A DNA stretch of 64,000 nt, from assembly GCA_002633005.1 (NCBI GenBank), contig NMRA01000421.1, forward strand, positions 337,573 to 401,572. The letters are read 5' to 3'. This document shows positions 14,451-25,472 of this stretch, in pieces. Every line of letters starts with the position of its first letter. Position 1 is the stretch's first letter. Source of the stretch: Phoronis australis. Taxonomy: Eukaryota; Animalia; Phoronida. The notes beneath the pieces are model-generated. The model did no database searches, had not been told where the DNA came from, and was given only the letters and a program-made list of their open reading frames with translations. The position numbers and the translations under genes were made by a program.

Positions 14451-14763
14451 ATAATACTCATAAAATTAAATGTTTCACGTCTGAGATGTTACATGGAAAA
14501 TCATTTTTAGAAAAATTGATTGAATGATAATAAACAGAGGGTAATTTAATGAGCAAAATTCCGTGTCTGTGATCGGCAAGGATTTGAATACGCATCGCAT
14601 AGTGTCGAAAATTTGTTTTTAAGAATTCATTTGAAAAAATGCAAGTGTTAGTAAAGAAGGTATTCGATAATACGATCTCAGGAAGGTAGTTACAGGACGA
14701 ATTAAAACATTTCATGTTCTCTAATTGGTCACCTTTGTAAAAATATTAGGAAAGTTAGGTTAA

Positions 14764-16452
14764 AGGAGAATGCCACCCAAAAAACAACCTATTTGTATCA
14801 ATTTAGATCGAGTAGTTCTACTCGATAACGGCAGGTTCGGTTGCGTTACCTGACACCTGACTGCAGACAGAGGTGTTGAAATTATCCAATGACGTAATTG
14901 GTTTCACACGCAGTATGTTCAGCAGTTCACAACACGGGTTACTGGTGTCAGCTTATCGCTTGAATTCATAGTTTAACACCAATAAATCATCAAACTTCGA
15001 TATAACACCCTTAAAATACACAGAGTTCTTATAAAAACGTGTTGTTTTATTTCTCTGTTACGGATTTACTGGTATTTGGACACACCGTAGCCTACAAAGT
15101 TCGGCAGGCCAATTTACCAAGGTCCGTAGCAGGAGTTTGGGGTCTGTTCGGTGATAAATTCGAAGTATTCTTCCGTGAAATACAGACAGGAGAATCTAGA
15201 TCTGTGTTGTTTATACTTGTGATTTTTTTGAGTTCTAAACACACAAAAGGCTTGTTATCCCGGCCAGTGGCTCGGAACCCGATCAGGCCCGTCGCGGCCG
15301 GACTGACTCCTTATCCCGGCTAGTGACTCGGAACCCGATGATCAGGCCCGTCGCGGCCGCCGGGACTGGCACTAACATAAACCAGCTTGAGTTGGCCACT
15401 AAACCTTCAGTCACGAAAAGACTGTAATAGTGAGCCAAAGAAAAAATGTGCACGTAATTATTTATGTGAATTAGCCACGAAACTGACAATCTACTTACTT
15501 GTCGGGGGCCGGCCACGAAGTCGGGTTCCCCTTCCACAGACCGTCAGGGCAAAGGTTGTAACAATGATTTGAATAATGTATTTGTTTTTCTAAACAAAGA
15601 TCCCCTAACATTTGACCATAGCATATAAAATCGAGTATATTGTTTCACAACCACTGAATTAGCATGCGCTCGTGGTCACGGCCTCGGAGCCCGGTCAATT
15701 ACCTTTGTTGCCGGCATCAAAAGCCGGTAACGCAGAGGTTTATTCATTGCTGGTTTCTCAAAACATTTGCACTCACGCACTCCAAGGCATTACAAATTGT
15801 ATCTAATGAGACACACTTTGTTTCAGTTTCATATAAGCATTGGTTAGGATGAGAATAATTCATTTTGAAACAGAACGCAGAATAATAAACGTCTACATGG
15901 CAACTCGCACGGCGCCAATCCCGACTTAGTCAAGAGCTCATCCGACGAAGACTTCACGGGTCGGATCGTTAGGTTTCATAGGCTATCACTTCAATCGAAC
16001 CGGAATACACTGATCAAGAAATACTAGAGAGGCGCCTTGAACGTGCACAGGCAACGGAACGTACGGATAGTTCTTTGGTAATCCGGACTTCGTCAGAGAA
16101 ATCACTGTCGACGAAATGCCGGCCACAGACACGGAGATGTTTCACGGCCTCATACTTGCTATTAACAGCGTACCTTTCATTCTACTCTACTGCGAGCCAC
16201 TTCCTAAGCATTTAGGACTCTCGAGGAAGTCGAAAAAACGGTAAACCCGCTTTCTTTGCAGCTTCATAGTTCGGACAAGCGGGAACGATGCACCGCAATA
16301 TAGCGGCATTCACTCTGCAGACGAACCACTGACGTCGCTGCGTCGATTCTCACCTTCCTCACAGGTTAACGCGACACCTCTCGACAAGGCGATGTGGATA
16401 TAGACCGACTAAGACAGCAAAAAAGACTAATTAAATCGGGTGGCATTCTCCT
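14764..16452. mobile_element. Non-autonomous Kolobok-like DNA transposon (~1.7 kb)
   Basis: 15-bp TIR AGGAGAATGCCACCC at both ends; TTAA TSD at 14760-14763 and 16453-16456 (TTAA TSD with purine-start termini fits Kolobok). Internal ~45-bp duplication at 15259-15365. Confidence 0.8.
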
Positions 16453-16563
16453 TTAAGTTATGGGAACGTTCGAAATAGTGTAAAAAGCACTAAAAGAAAT
16501 GTGGAAGTAATGAAATGAGTTTAGAAATACGTCTCAGTGTTCTTACAACACTCACTGCTGTTG

Positions 16564-16738
16564 CCCGTGTTGTGAACTGCTGAACAGACTGCGTGTGAAA
16601 CCAATTACGTCATTGGATAATTTCAACACCTCTGTGTGCCGTCAGGTGTCAGAAAACGCAACCGAACGTGCCGTAGTCGAGTAGAACTACTCGATCTAAA
16701 TTGATACAAGATAGGTTGTTTTGGGGTGGCATTCTCCT
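16564..16738 (-). mobile_element. Truncated inverted copy of the left end of the same Kolobok-like element
   Basis: Reverse complement of ~14764-14938 with scattered mismatches, ending in TIR plus TTAA (16739-16742). Confidence 0.85.
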
Positions 16739-17499
16739 TTAAGTCACTACATAAATGCCGCCTCAGCCCTTCTGCATAGTAATTTTGTTGTGGCAAATCC
16801 AGAAAGCGCAGATTTACTACGAGAAAGCGTTAATGATGAGTTCTGTTGTAGTCAAAAAGATAGCTTGCAGGATGGACAATAAAGGCGCAGAATAAACATC
16901 AGTGTGATTCTATGATGACAATGCACTGCATCTACAGCAGGTGGTCAAATAAAGATGATCTGCATTTACGACTGTCAATAACCTGTGTACACATCGTTGA
17001 TCAAACCAATTTCAACTAAAGAGTATATTTAAAGTCACTTGTGGCACGAACAGTTGTAACTGCATTTCTACCATACACGATGGCACCTAAGTGAAAGTTT
17101 GGATTCGCTGCAAGTAATTAATCTATGTTTACGTACAGCTCAGCATTTGAAGGTATTTGACGCCAACATTGTCACGTGATAAGTACCTATACTGGCATGC
17201 TTCGATATTTTGACTTGTTTGATTTCACATTTGTCTCTCAGTAAATCAACAAGGATAGGCAACGGTCAACCCTCAACCCTGTCCTAGGATTCTTCGAGTT
17301 TACATTTTTGACCCGGGGTTCCCGAGGACTGACCTCTGCGTTACCACTTCCCAATGTTTCGTGCATTCTCCACCCCTGGTAACTATTTCCGTTCCTTGAT
17401 AAATTCCCTTTTTCACTAATTTGAAAACCACTCGACAAAGTTACCACCGATTTTTGCTGATTCCAACGATTGTAGCCACTTCTGGGGGCCATTGGCCAG

Positions 17500-18046
17500 G
17501 GATACCATAGAATCGCACTTTGCGCACGAACCACCAACGAACCCATGAATCATGCATACGAACCCAAAATCACGCATGCAAAAATCACGCCCACGAACCA
17601 CAAAGATCATACATACGGGTTCGAATCACACAAATGAACACTTTATCGTTTGGTGGTTCGTGCGTGTACGTGATTCGAAGCTGTTCGTATGTATGATTTT
17701 TGTGGTCTGGGCGCATGATCTTAAAAAATAATTGCAGGCGGTCTGATACACGTTGTACCAGACGTGCACAGGCTGCGCATGTGGGCCCAATGCACTGATC
17801 ACCTGGAACCATTTTTATGATTTATTAATATATAGCTAAAACCGAGCTGAGGAGCTAGAAATCCGACTCAAGCGTTTAGCAGTGTGATCCAGTGGAACTC
17901 GAACCCACGACCTCGAGCAAAGAAAACGGACACCTCGCATGATCTTTGTTCGTGTGGGTGATTTTGGGTTCGTATTCATGATTCAGAAGTTCGTAGGTGG
18001 TTCGTGCGTATGGTTGGGATGCTCGTTCGTATGATTCTACGGTACC
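17500..18046. mobile_element. Foldback MITE with long imperfect TIRs built of cgaacc/aatcac motifs
   Basis: Left taccatagaatc...cacgaaccacc...tacgaacccaaaatcac...acaaagatca mirrored by tgatctttgt...gtgattttgggttcgta...ggtggttcgtg...gattctacggta. Confidence 0.7.
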
Positions 18047-19825
18047 ACTGATTGTAACGCAAATGTTTATGTTGATCGGTTTGGTGCTGGCGTGCATTTG
18101 TATCAGTATTCTGTTGCGAGCCCCGGCAAAGCCGTTGGCGATGCACAAATGCCGGCCTTTACCTTGTTACCTTGATACTGACAATTTCACATTTTTCGTG
18201 GTTTTAAATTAAGTTTTGATCATTTCGAATACTTGAAAAGGATACTAAACCCTATTTTGATGATCTTCACCAATCCTCGTCACCTGCTAATGCATCATTG
18301 TCGTCAACCTTCCAGTTAAAGTCAGGAATCAACAGAAACTCATTCTCCCTATGTCACAGATTGGACATTATGTGGTCCTTAGTGGGTGGTCTTTTGTCGT
18401 GTAATTCGCTTAAAACGGTGGTTACGCTTGCAGACTTTGGCAGGAGTTTGCTGCAAATTTTCCTCTAAACTTTTGAGAATTAAAGAGCATTATTTTGTTT
18501 CAGAAAACTGTATGGGAAAGTTTTTAGTATACGGTATGTTAATAGATCAAACAGCGCCTGCTACTTTATAGTCACCCAAGTATGGAATCGGACATATTTA
18601 TGTGCCTACTCTATATGACGATGACGTTGTTTTAGTGTAATGACTATCTCCGCATGTCAGTGCATTAATGCGATAGCCTAGCTACTAATTGTCGCCGGTC
18701 ACTAGAACAAACATGACGGGGTGTTGAAATCGATTTTTGATTGAAACGATGATTTCTATTGCTCCGACATTCTCTGTTCTTCTGAGGTCTGACGCCAAAG
18801 TATCGATGATTGTTCATCTACAGACGTGGATGGTCATAGATGCCCTAATCTAGTTACATTTTCAACACTAGTACATATGCGTATGAGGCGCGATGCAAAG
18901 GAAACATCGATTAGCTGTTGGTTTTGCACCCCACAACCTGCGGTGTATGTTAAGACTTTTCCTCGCACCCTCTGGATTTCCAAAAGCAGAAGCGTCAGGG
19001 AAGACAATTCTGATGTCGAATTCGATCCATACCTGAACTTTTTTAACAAATGCAAAAACAAAAACAAAGATCGGAGATTTCTATAAAAAAGCGCCATTTG
19101 CCCTTTTCATGAATTGCACTCGGAGCTCAAACACTTAGAGATCCGCACTACGAGACGAGAGCTCAGAAGGTGACAGTTTTGTGGAAATAGCCTAGTTTAT
19201 AACTCAGTATCACAGTTTTTGACTTGCAGAGTTGGGAGTGGTTCCATGATATCGCGCTTTGCATACCCACCTTAAAAATGTCGAAGGTAGGGACACCAAA
19301 ATTTCCATTTTACTAGCATAAAATCTACCTATGAATAAAATTTGGAATAGACACTTCCAATGTTGAGTCTAAAAATGCAAATCGATTAACGTTTGTTAAT
19401 TTGTACAGTTGGATTGCCAAAAATCTAAAATAATTCCTCATTTTGTCAACAGAACAAAAAATATTTACGTGTTTAAAACATAAAAAGTAACCGAAATCTG
19501 TGTTTCTAACCTAAAGATCAGTTCACTGTAGCTGGGTTTACGCGTGTCAAACAAAATTAACACGACTTCAGCTGCTTGACGGATCAGGAAAGCAGTCCGC
19601 GCTCAATTATATTCACCTGAAGAAAAAGAAGCTGTCTGGGCTCGCTGGATAATGAGTTTATCCAAGCGGGTATCTAATGTAAATGACAAAATTCATGTCA
19701 TGTATAAGGCTCCATACTACAATAGTAATAGCAATCAGTTGTCTCAAATGAAACATGGAAGGAGAGTTTGCATGCCAAAGATTCTCGTTAACAAAAATTT
19801 CGTTGATAAGAAACAGAGTCTTTAC

Positions 19826-20165
19826 CTCACTCTCCTTAGTCAGCCGCAGTTCACAGTGTTTCATCGTCGATGCCACCAGTATGTCGTTATCGACCTCCAA
19901 CAGCGCGTGCCCTATGGCGTTGTGTTTCCGCTGCGCTTTTGAGTCGTACAGGGAGATTCGAATTGATTTCCCGTACGCATCGTCGATGGATGGGATGGGG
20001 AAGTAGAAGTGCTCGTCGAATTGGGGCTGAAGGCAGTTGTTGACGATTTTTGTCGTCTGAGTGTTTTTCTCTGCTGGTAACATACATAGTATTGCGATTG
20101 GATCGTACGATTTGTCCTCACCTTTACACGGAAGGTCGAACGCCTCTTGTAGATGTAGTTTAATC
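19826..20165 (-). CDS. Synaptotagmin-15-like protein, coding exon 4 (C2A core)
   Basis: Acceptor ...ccctggatag|, donor GAG|GTAAAG; 340 nt, phase 2 to 0. Encodes (R)IKLHLQEAFDLPCKGEDKSYDPIAILCMLPAEKNTQTTKIVNNCLQPQFDEHFYF...QRKHNAIGHA..., matching SYT15-type PQFDEHF and QRKH motifs. Confidence 0.9.
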
Positions 20166-20689
20166 CTATCCAGGGTATAAAGAGAATATAGAGTTTTAAA
20201 TTTTTTGTGTCTTTGTTATCTGAGAACTTGGTAGTCAATACGGGTTGCTTCTTTGTACTAAATGCAATTTACTAAATGATGCAAATAGTGGTATCTGTTG
20301 GGAAAACTTAGTATTAGCAACAAATCATAAAAAGGTACAATAGTGCGACCAACGCACCTTTTGTGAACAATACAAATGTTTTGATGCTTAAAATTGATAC
20401 TAATATCAAGAAACTTACAAATGCCAATTTTCAGAAAACCACCATTAGTAAGGCCCTCCACGTTATCATAACTCAAAGAAATCCGATTTTTTTTCACCCT
20501 CATGAATTGCTTAGGGACGCTTGCACCTAATAAGAACATAAAATTCGTCACCACGTAAGCAAGAAGCTTAATATATTCCGAAGATCGCATGAAATTAGTC
20601 AAAATTCAAAATGTGCAATTGACTCCCAACTGCAAAGGTACACTCTGAATTCAACCTATTACGTAGGAGTATCTGAGAAAATATGTCAA

Positions 20690-21252
20690 CTATGGAAAGA
20701 CAATGTGCATATTTTCTACACAAGATTTAAAACCGGTCAAAACATTAGTTTCACTCTGCAAGACCAAAAAACAAATCAAGATCAACATTTAACACTTCGT
20801 GACCAAAATGTAACACGCCAGGTCCGAAAATTTAATACGCCAGAAAATTTTCTTGGTAGGAGACCACGTGACCATCCACGAGCATTGACACCTCAAAGTG
20901 ATGATAGGTACACATAACAAGGACTAAAGGTTCCAACAATGTCTCGTCGACCACAGTCATATTATAGCGACAATGACGTTGAATTTTTGTTGTCGCTTCC
21001 ATACTATACAGTAATGTTCACGTGACCTTGTGGGAAACACGGTTGAGCATTGCAGAGACATAGCGGATCGGAATTTTAGCCGGGATAGTGGATGGCCACG
21101 TGGTCTCTTGGCATGAACATTTTTGGCGTGATATATAAAAAGGTCCTGGCGTGATAAATTCCGGTTTAGAGTTTTTTTCGGTTTTGCAGATATTTTAATT
21201 CATGGATAGAAAACCTGTGTCCTGGAATTTGGTCTGCTTTGGCTTTCCATAG
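20690..21252. mobile_element. Non-autonomous TIR element with long degenerate inverted arms
   Basis: Termini CTATGGAAAG...CTTTCCATAG; 4-bp direct repeat TCAA on both sides; internal mirror motifs cacgccagg/cctggcgtg and gagaccacgtgaccatccac/gtggatggccacgtggtctc. Confidence 0.7.
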
Positions 21253-21392
21253 TCAACGAGACTGTTTCAGTGAGAATTTGAATGCGTTTCCTTGGACAGA
21301 AGAACACAAACATAGGTCATGAAATTACTTTTTCACGCAAATTGAAAGTAATTGAATATGGTATTATATCTAGGCACGTCGTTATCGTGTAC

Positions 21393-21492
21393 CTTTTCTT
21401 TGAAGATTCGTACTGCACAGTGAACATAACGCTTCCTACGTAGTCTTCTATTATATCCGATGTTGCGATCATGTCGTCGCAATTGTAACGTT
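21393..21492 (-). CDS. Synaptotagmin-15-like protein, coding exon 3 (linker and first C2A strand)
   Basis: Acceptor tcatttctttccag|, donor AG|GTACAC; 100 nt, phase 1 to 2. Encodes (K)RYNCDDMIATSDIIEDYVGSVMFTVQYESSKK(R). Confidence 0.8.
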
Positions 21493-21734
21493 CTGGAAAG
21501 AAATGAGTGCATAATTGTCCGTACTGTGTATGTATCTCGTGATTTTAAATTGACAACGTAATCATTAACATCAGCCAGACTGATCATAATAATAACAATG
21601 ATTGATGACGTTAATTTTCTGATCAGAACAGTCAAGTACCGACCATGAGCCTGAGGTGAGTCTGACGATGCAAACATAGCGGACAATTTCTATATTCCTC
21701 CTCCTAGCGTAGGTCCTAGCGTACTAAACGCTTG

Positions 21735-21884
21735 GCGTGCGTTCAGTAACGCTAGGACCTACGCTAGGACCTAGCTAAAATCTAGCCAGAGTCACATGTT
21801 CTCATTTGAAAACACGGCAATATCTCACGTAATCTCGCGAAGTCTTGCTTTTTAGCGAGGTCCTAGCGTTACTGAACGGGAGGC
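21735..21884. mobile_element. ~150-bp MITE with TIR core cgttcagtaacgctaggacct
   Basis: Inverted termini. Full inverted copy at 56152-56303, 3' fragment at ~37615-37662, extra terminal fragment at ~21703-21730. Confidence 0.8.
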
Positions 21885-22231
21885 AGGTTTCCTGAGTACT
21901 GATCTTCCGGTCTAAATCTTTGTGGTCTGGTAAGAACAGCACGATGCCATAGCTTGTTGATGCACTAATTATAACACGTGGGTGAGCGTTGTATACAGGG
22001 TGTCCCAAAACGTACACGCTTCAAATGCCAAAAACTGCATTGTTTATTGACTTTGGAACAAGATTACTAGATCAAACTCATGAAGAGTGATCAAAAAGGA
22101 ATTAAGTCTATCAACCAAAATGAATGCACTGTTTGTTGACTTGACAAGGTTTACAGTGTGTTGATCTGGATTTTGAACGTGCTGCGTCACCCTCATGTCT
22201 CATTATTTTGAAGAGAATCCTCTTCCCAGGG

Positions 22232-22530
22232 AGTACAGTACAGTGCAGTACAGCGCAAAACTAGTGGATACAGTGAGTGAAGTGTAGTAGGCAATTTCGA
22301 TGTAATCCAGTTCGATGCAACATACAATACAGTACAATACAACACAGAACTGCATAGCACGTGCAGCACAATGGAGAACTGTACATTCTAGTACAGTCCA
22401 ATGTAGTACAGTACAGTACAGTACAGTACAGTACAGTACAGTACAGTACAGCTCAGTACACTACAACACAATACACCCCAGTAAAGCACAATACACTACA
22501 GTACACTGTAATACAATACAATGTAATACA
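22232..22530. repeat. (CAGTA)n / (CAATA)n pentanucleotide microsatellite
   Basis: Perfect cagta run around 22405-22450 with degenerate flanks. Confidence 0.9.
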
Positions 22531-23360
22531 TAAAGGTTATCCCACATAGTACATACTATTGCCCTGTCCTATCGAGAATTCCCCCAACTCGACCTTCAAG
22601 AAGGATATGGCAATAGTGTTTTTATGTAAGTTCAGCAAAATACACGGTGGTTCTAGTTGATGTATAGTATTGTGTGTAGATCAGAGGCATCAAAGTCCAT
22701 TATTTATACTCATTGTTTTAGCAAACTTCAAATTATGAGAAGGTTTGAAGTTGTTAATCTATTCTGCTCTACGATGTGTATTATTGAAGTTCACAGCGTT
22801 TAATAAAGGAAAGAGGTCGTTAATCTAAATATAATATTCTTTAATACCCAATGTTTGCTGAAATATCATTTGGTGAAATACGCGTAATCTGATCAAACGA
22901 TCCGTTTGACATTTAACCATCGTCTCCTTCTGACGTCCAAGCTGTCTGCTAACGTTGATTCAAACTCGTGCAAATCAAGGCGTGCAAGGAATTAGCGTAA
23001 TATCAGTGCTCATGGACTTCTATATATGCTTATACAAGACTAATCATGCTAAATAGTGACTAACGTTATTGCTAAGCTCTTTGCCCCTGTGTTAACTACG
23101 TTTGTTATTGACCCACTGAGGCTGCAGTCATTTCATGAAGCTTTCAGCGAGTTGAACACTAAACCACCGACCTCACAATACTCAACTTGGATTCAGTTTC
23201 AAACAGAAGGAATTACATGCGCACCTGAATAATAACTAACGCCCATTCAATCAAAAAGTATTGTCATTTTAACCCATCTTTGAAATCAAATGCTGAAAAT
23301 CTCCATGATAGCAAGTAGCAACATATATTAAAGAAAACAACAATCATGGTTTTAAGTTGG

Positions 23361-23405
23361 CTTGACATGTTTCGGTGTCATTTATTCAAACACCATCATC
23401 AGAAG
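23361..23405 (-). ncRNA. Second hammerhead motif in the inverted pLTR copy
   Basis: Minus strand reads cttCTGATGAtggtgtttgaataaatgacaccGAAAcatGTCaag; ctt/aag closes a short stem I. Confidence 0.75.
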
Positions 23406-24134
23406 AGAATACAGTGGCCACCTAATAGACAGGGTATATCGCATTAACAACACTTGGGCTAGATTTGATTCTAATATTAAAGAACTAACAACGAATTTGC
23501 AAAAGAATGGCTATCCCCTAGAATTAGTCAACAGGGTACCGAAAGCAAGACTCCAACGAACCCTGATGATGTTCATCTTGTAGACAAAACTAAGTACAAG
23601 TACTTTAAAATACCATATGTTGGGTTTTATGCCAAGATTGCTCAACGAAAACTCAGCAAATTGGTGAATGATTACTGAGTGAACTTTAGAGTTGTATTAA
23701 CATTCAAGTCTCTAAAACTGTCGAATTTATTTAACACTAAGGACAAAATTCCTATGGATCCACGGTCCAGGGTAGTGTACAAATTTATCTGTGCTGGATG
23801 TGGCTCCAGTTACATTGGCGAAACTGTTCGCCATTTGAAAACCAGGCCCAAGGAACATCTAAATTCTGACAGAATTTCACCTGTAAATATTCACCTACAG
23901 AGCTCCAATCATTGTTATCAGCAGTGCTCTTTCAATGACTTTGCAATAATAGACCAGGCAGTAACAACAAATGAGCTTAAAATTCGTGAGGCTCTACACA
24001 TCAGTTGGTGCAAGCCCAATCTCAATAGGCAAATGGCACACCACAGGCTGTCATTGTTGGTCTAGTTCATTGTCACTCCCTGTAACTGACTGTATCTGTG
24101 CTTCATTACTTGTTGCTAGTGGCCACTACATTCT

Positions 24135-24179
24135 CTTCTGATGATGGTGTTTGAATAAATGACACCGAAACATGTCAAA
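24135..24179 (+). ncRNA. Minimal hammerhead ribozyme motif in the Penelope pLTR
   Basis: CTGATGA (24138-24144), stem II GGTGT...ACACC, GAAA (24167-24170), palindromic ACATGT, GTC cleavage triplet (24174-24176). Confidence 0.75.
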
Positions 24180-24774
24180 TCGACTTAAAACCATTGTTGT
24201 TTTCTTTAATAAATGCTGAAAAGCATTTTTGTTCCATAAGGAAAGATTTTTTTATGAGTAAAAAATTGTAGTGCAGTCGATCCAGTCCCATGAATATTCA
24301 TAGGGAGGCAAAGAGGGTCATTGGCAGAAGGTGTCATCACAAAAAAGTGCCAGCTGGTTTCCACTGATTTCATCAGGGGCAGCCCCCCCCCCCCCCAAAG
24401 CAAATCCCTTATAAAATAGAACAAAATGTTTAGTGCCGATTGCCCGAAACGGAGCGGTTTTATTCAAACTAGTAAACATTTCTGAACATATTTATAAATT
24501 CAGTAATATCGACCACACAGCAACACAAAAATGGGAGTTTTTCGTTCTCATGAAACTATACCTTTGAATTTCGATCTCTTAATAACTTTCATTTGATTGG
24601 AATGTTGTAAAAAGTCCATGCCTATTAACTGTTCCCTGACTTGCTAGAATTACAATGCAGAGTTCATGGAGACGATGCATGGAGGGATTTTTCCCCCCAC
24701 CACCCTTAACAGAACGGCTCGGGGTCCCCTGAAAAGTGTAAGTCCGTCATTGAGATTTTCGAAGAGATACATAC

Positions 24775-24906
24775 TTTTATACAGTTCCGGCTTGAGTTCT
24801 CCAATAGTTTCCATGCTGTGAGTGTCAGAATGTCTCCGGTGAGCTATGTATCCGACGCTCAGTCTCTTGTCCGACGGCATGCGGGGTGGCAGACTTCCTT
24901 TTCTCT
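24775..24906 (-). CDS. Synaptotagmin-15-like protein, coding exon 2
   Basis: Acceptor gttaatgttccag|, donor A|GTATGT; 132 nt, phase 1 to 1. Encodes (E)RKGSLPPRMPSDKRLSVGYIAHRRHSDTHSMETIGELKPELYK (synaptotagmin GxxxPELYK motif). Confidence 0.85.
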
Positions 24907-25399
24907 CTGGAACATTAACTTAATTATTACATTTTCTTGAAAATTTTCTCTCGACCGTTCACGTCAGACCTATCGATAGACCATTTATTGCGATAGCAAC
25001 AACTGGTGACTTCCGTTGGCAAAAAGGTCCGAGCACTCTCCATGGGAGGAACAACGGTCGAAACATATTTCAATTTCGTGCCCAGTTTTCCCGTAATTAA
25101 CAATTTCGCGTTTGCACCATCCCTCAGGGGGATGAATACTTCTGGCAGTGGGTTCCACATCAAATTATCTTTCGTGTATTGAGGCAACAGGTGAACGGTG
25201 AAAACCATTTTCACAATAACTTTCTTAACGCACTGCCATTTTTATTGTAGTTCGTGCTTCAGGTCAAATTACCTAAACTGTCAGTATGAGTAGATTTACC
25301 GTATTCGAGAAACTGAACGTGAACAGTGCATTAACTTCATGCCATAGCGCGTCCTGTTTAAAAATGTCATTCACGAAATTTATGCTTCACGAGTGCACC

Positions 25400-25472
25400 G
25401 AATACAACATTGAAACTGTCCTACGCAAATAATGCACTGAATACAACATTGAAACTGTCCTACGCAAATAAT
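25400..25472. repeat. Short tandem duplication (39-bp period)
   Basis: gaatacaacattgaaactgtcctacgcaaataat occurs twice in tandem. Confidence 0.85.

Larger units (their letters stand above)
23300..24210 (+). mobile_element. 5'-truncated Penelope-like retroelement (RT C-terminus and GIY-YIG endonuclease) with inverted pLTR copy
   Basis: LIDRVYRINNTW...LQKNGYP (PLE RT C-terminus), then IPYVG... and VVYKFICAGCGSSYIGETVRHLKTR...EH...LKIREALHI...PNLNRQ (GIY-YIG); stop/frameshift between them. ~85-bp inverted repeat 23327-23410 / 24130-24210; 12-bp direct repeat aaatgctgaaaa at 23288-23299 and 24211-24222. Confidence 0.9.

Noticed and set aside
17880-17940. tRNA gene on the minus strand (GGTTCGAG B-box-like motif)
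   Set aside because: No A box or cloverleaf can be built; at most a decayed SINE head. The same applies to the motif near 6385.
21993-22030. Tc1/mariner element (TA-CAGGGTGTCCC terminus)
   Set aside because: Single terminus only; no partner TIR or transposase found.
22315-22549. ORFs with STVQY repeats
   Set aside because: These are translations of the (CAGTA)n microsatellite.
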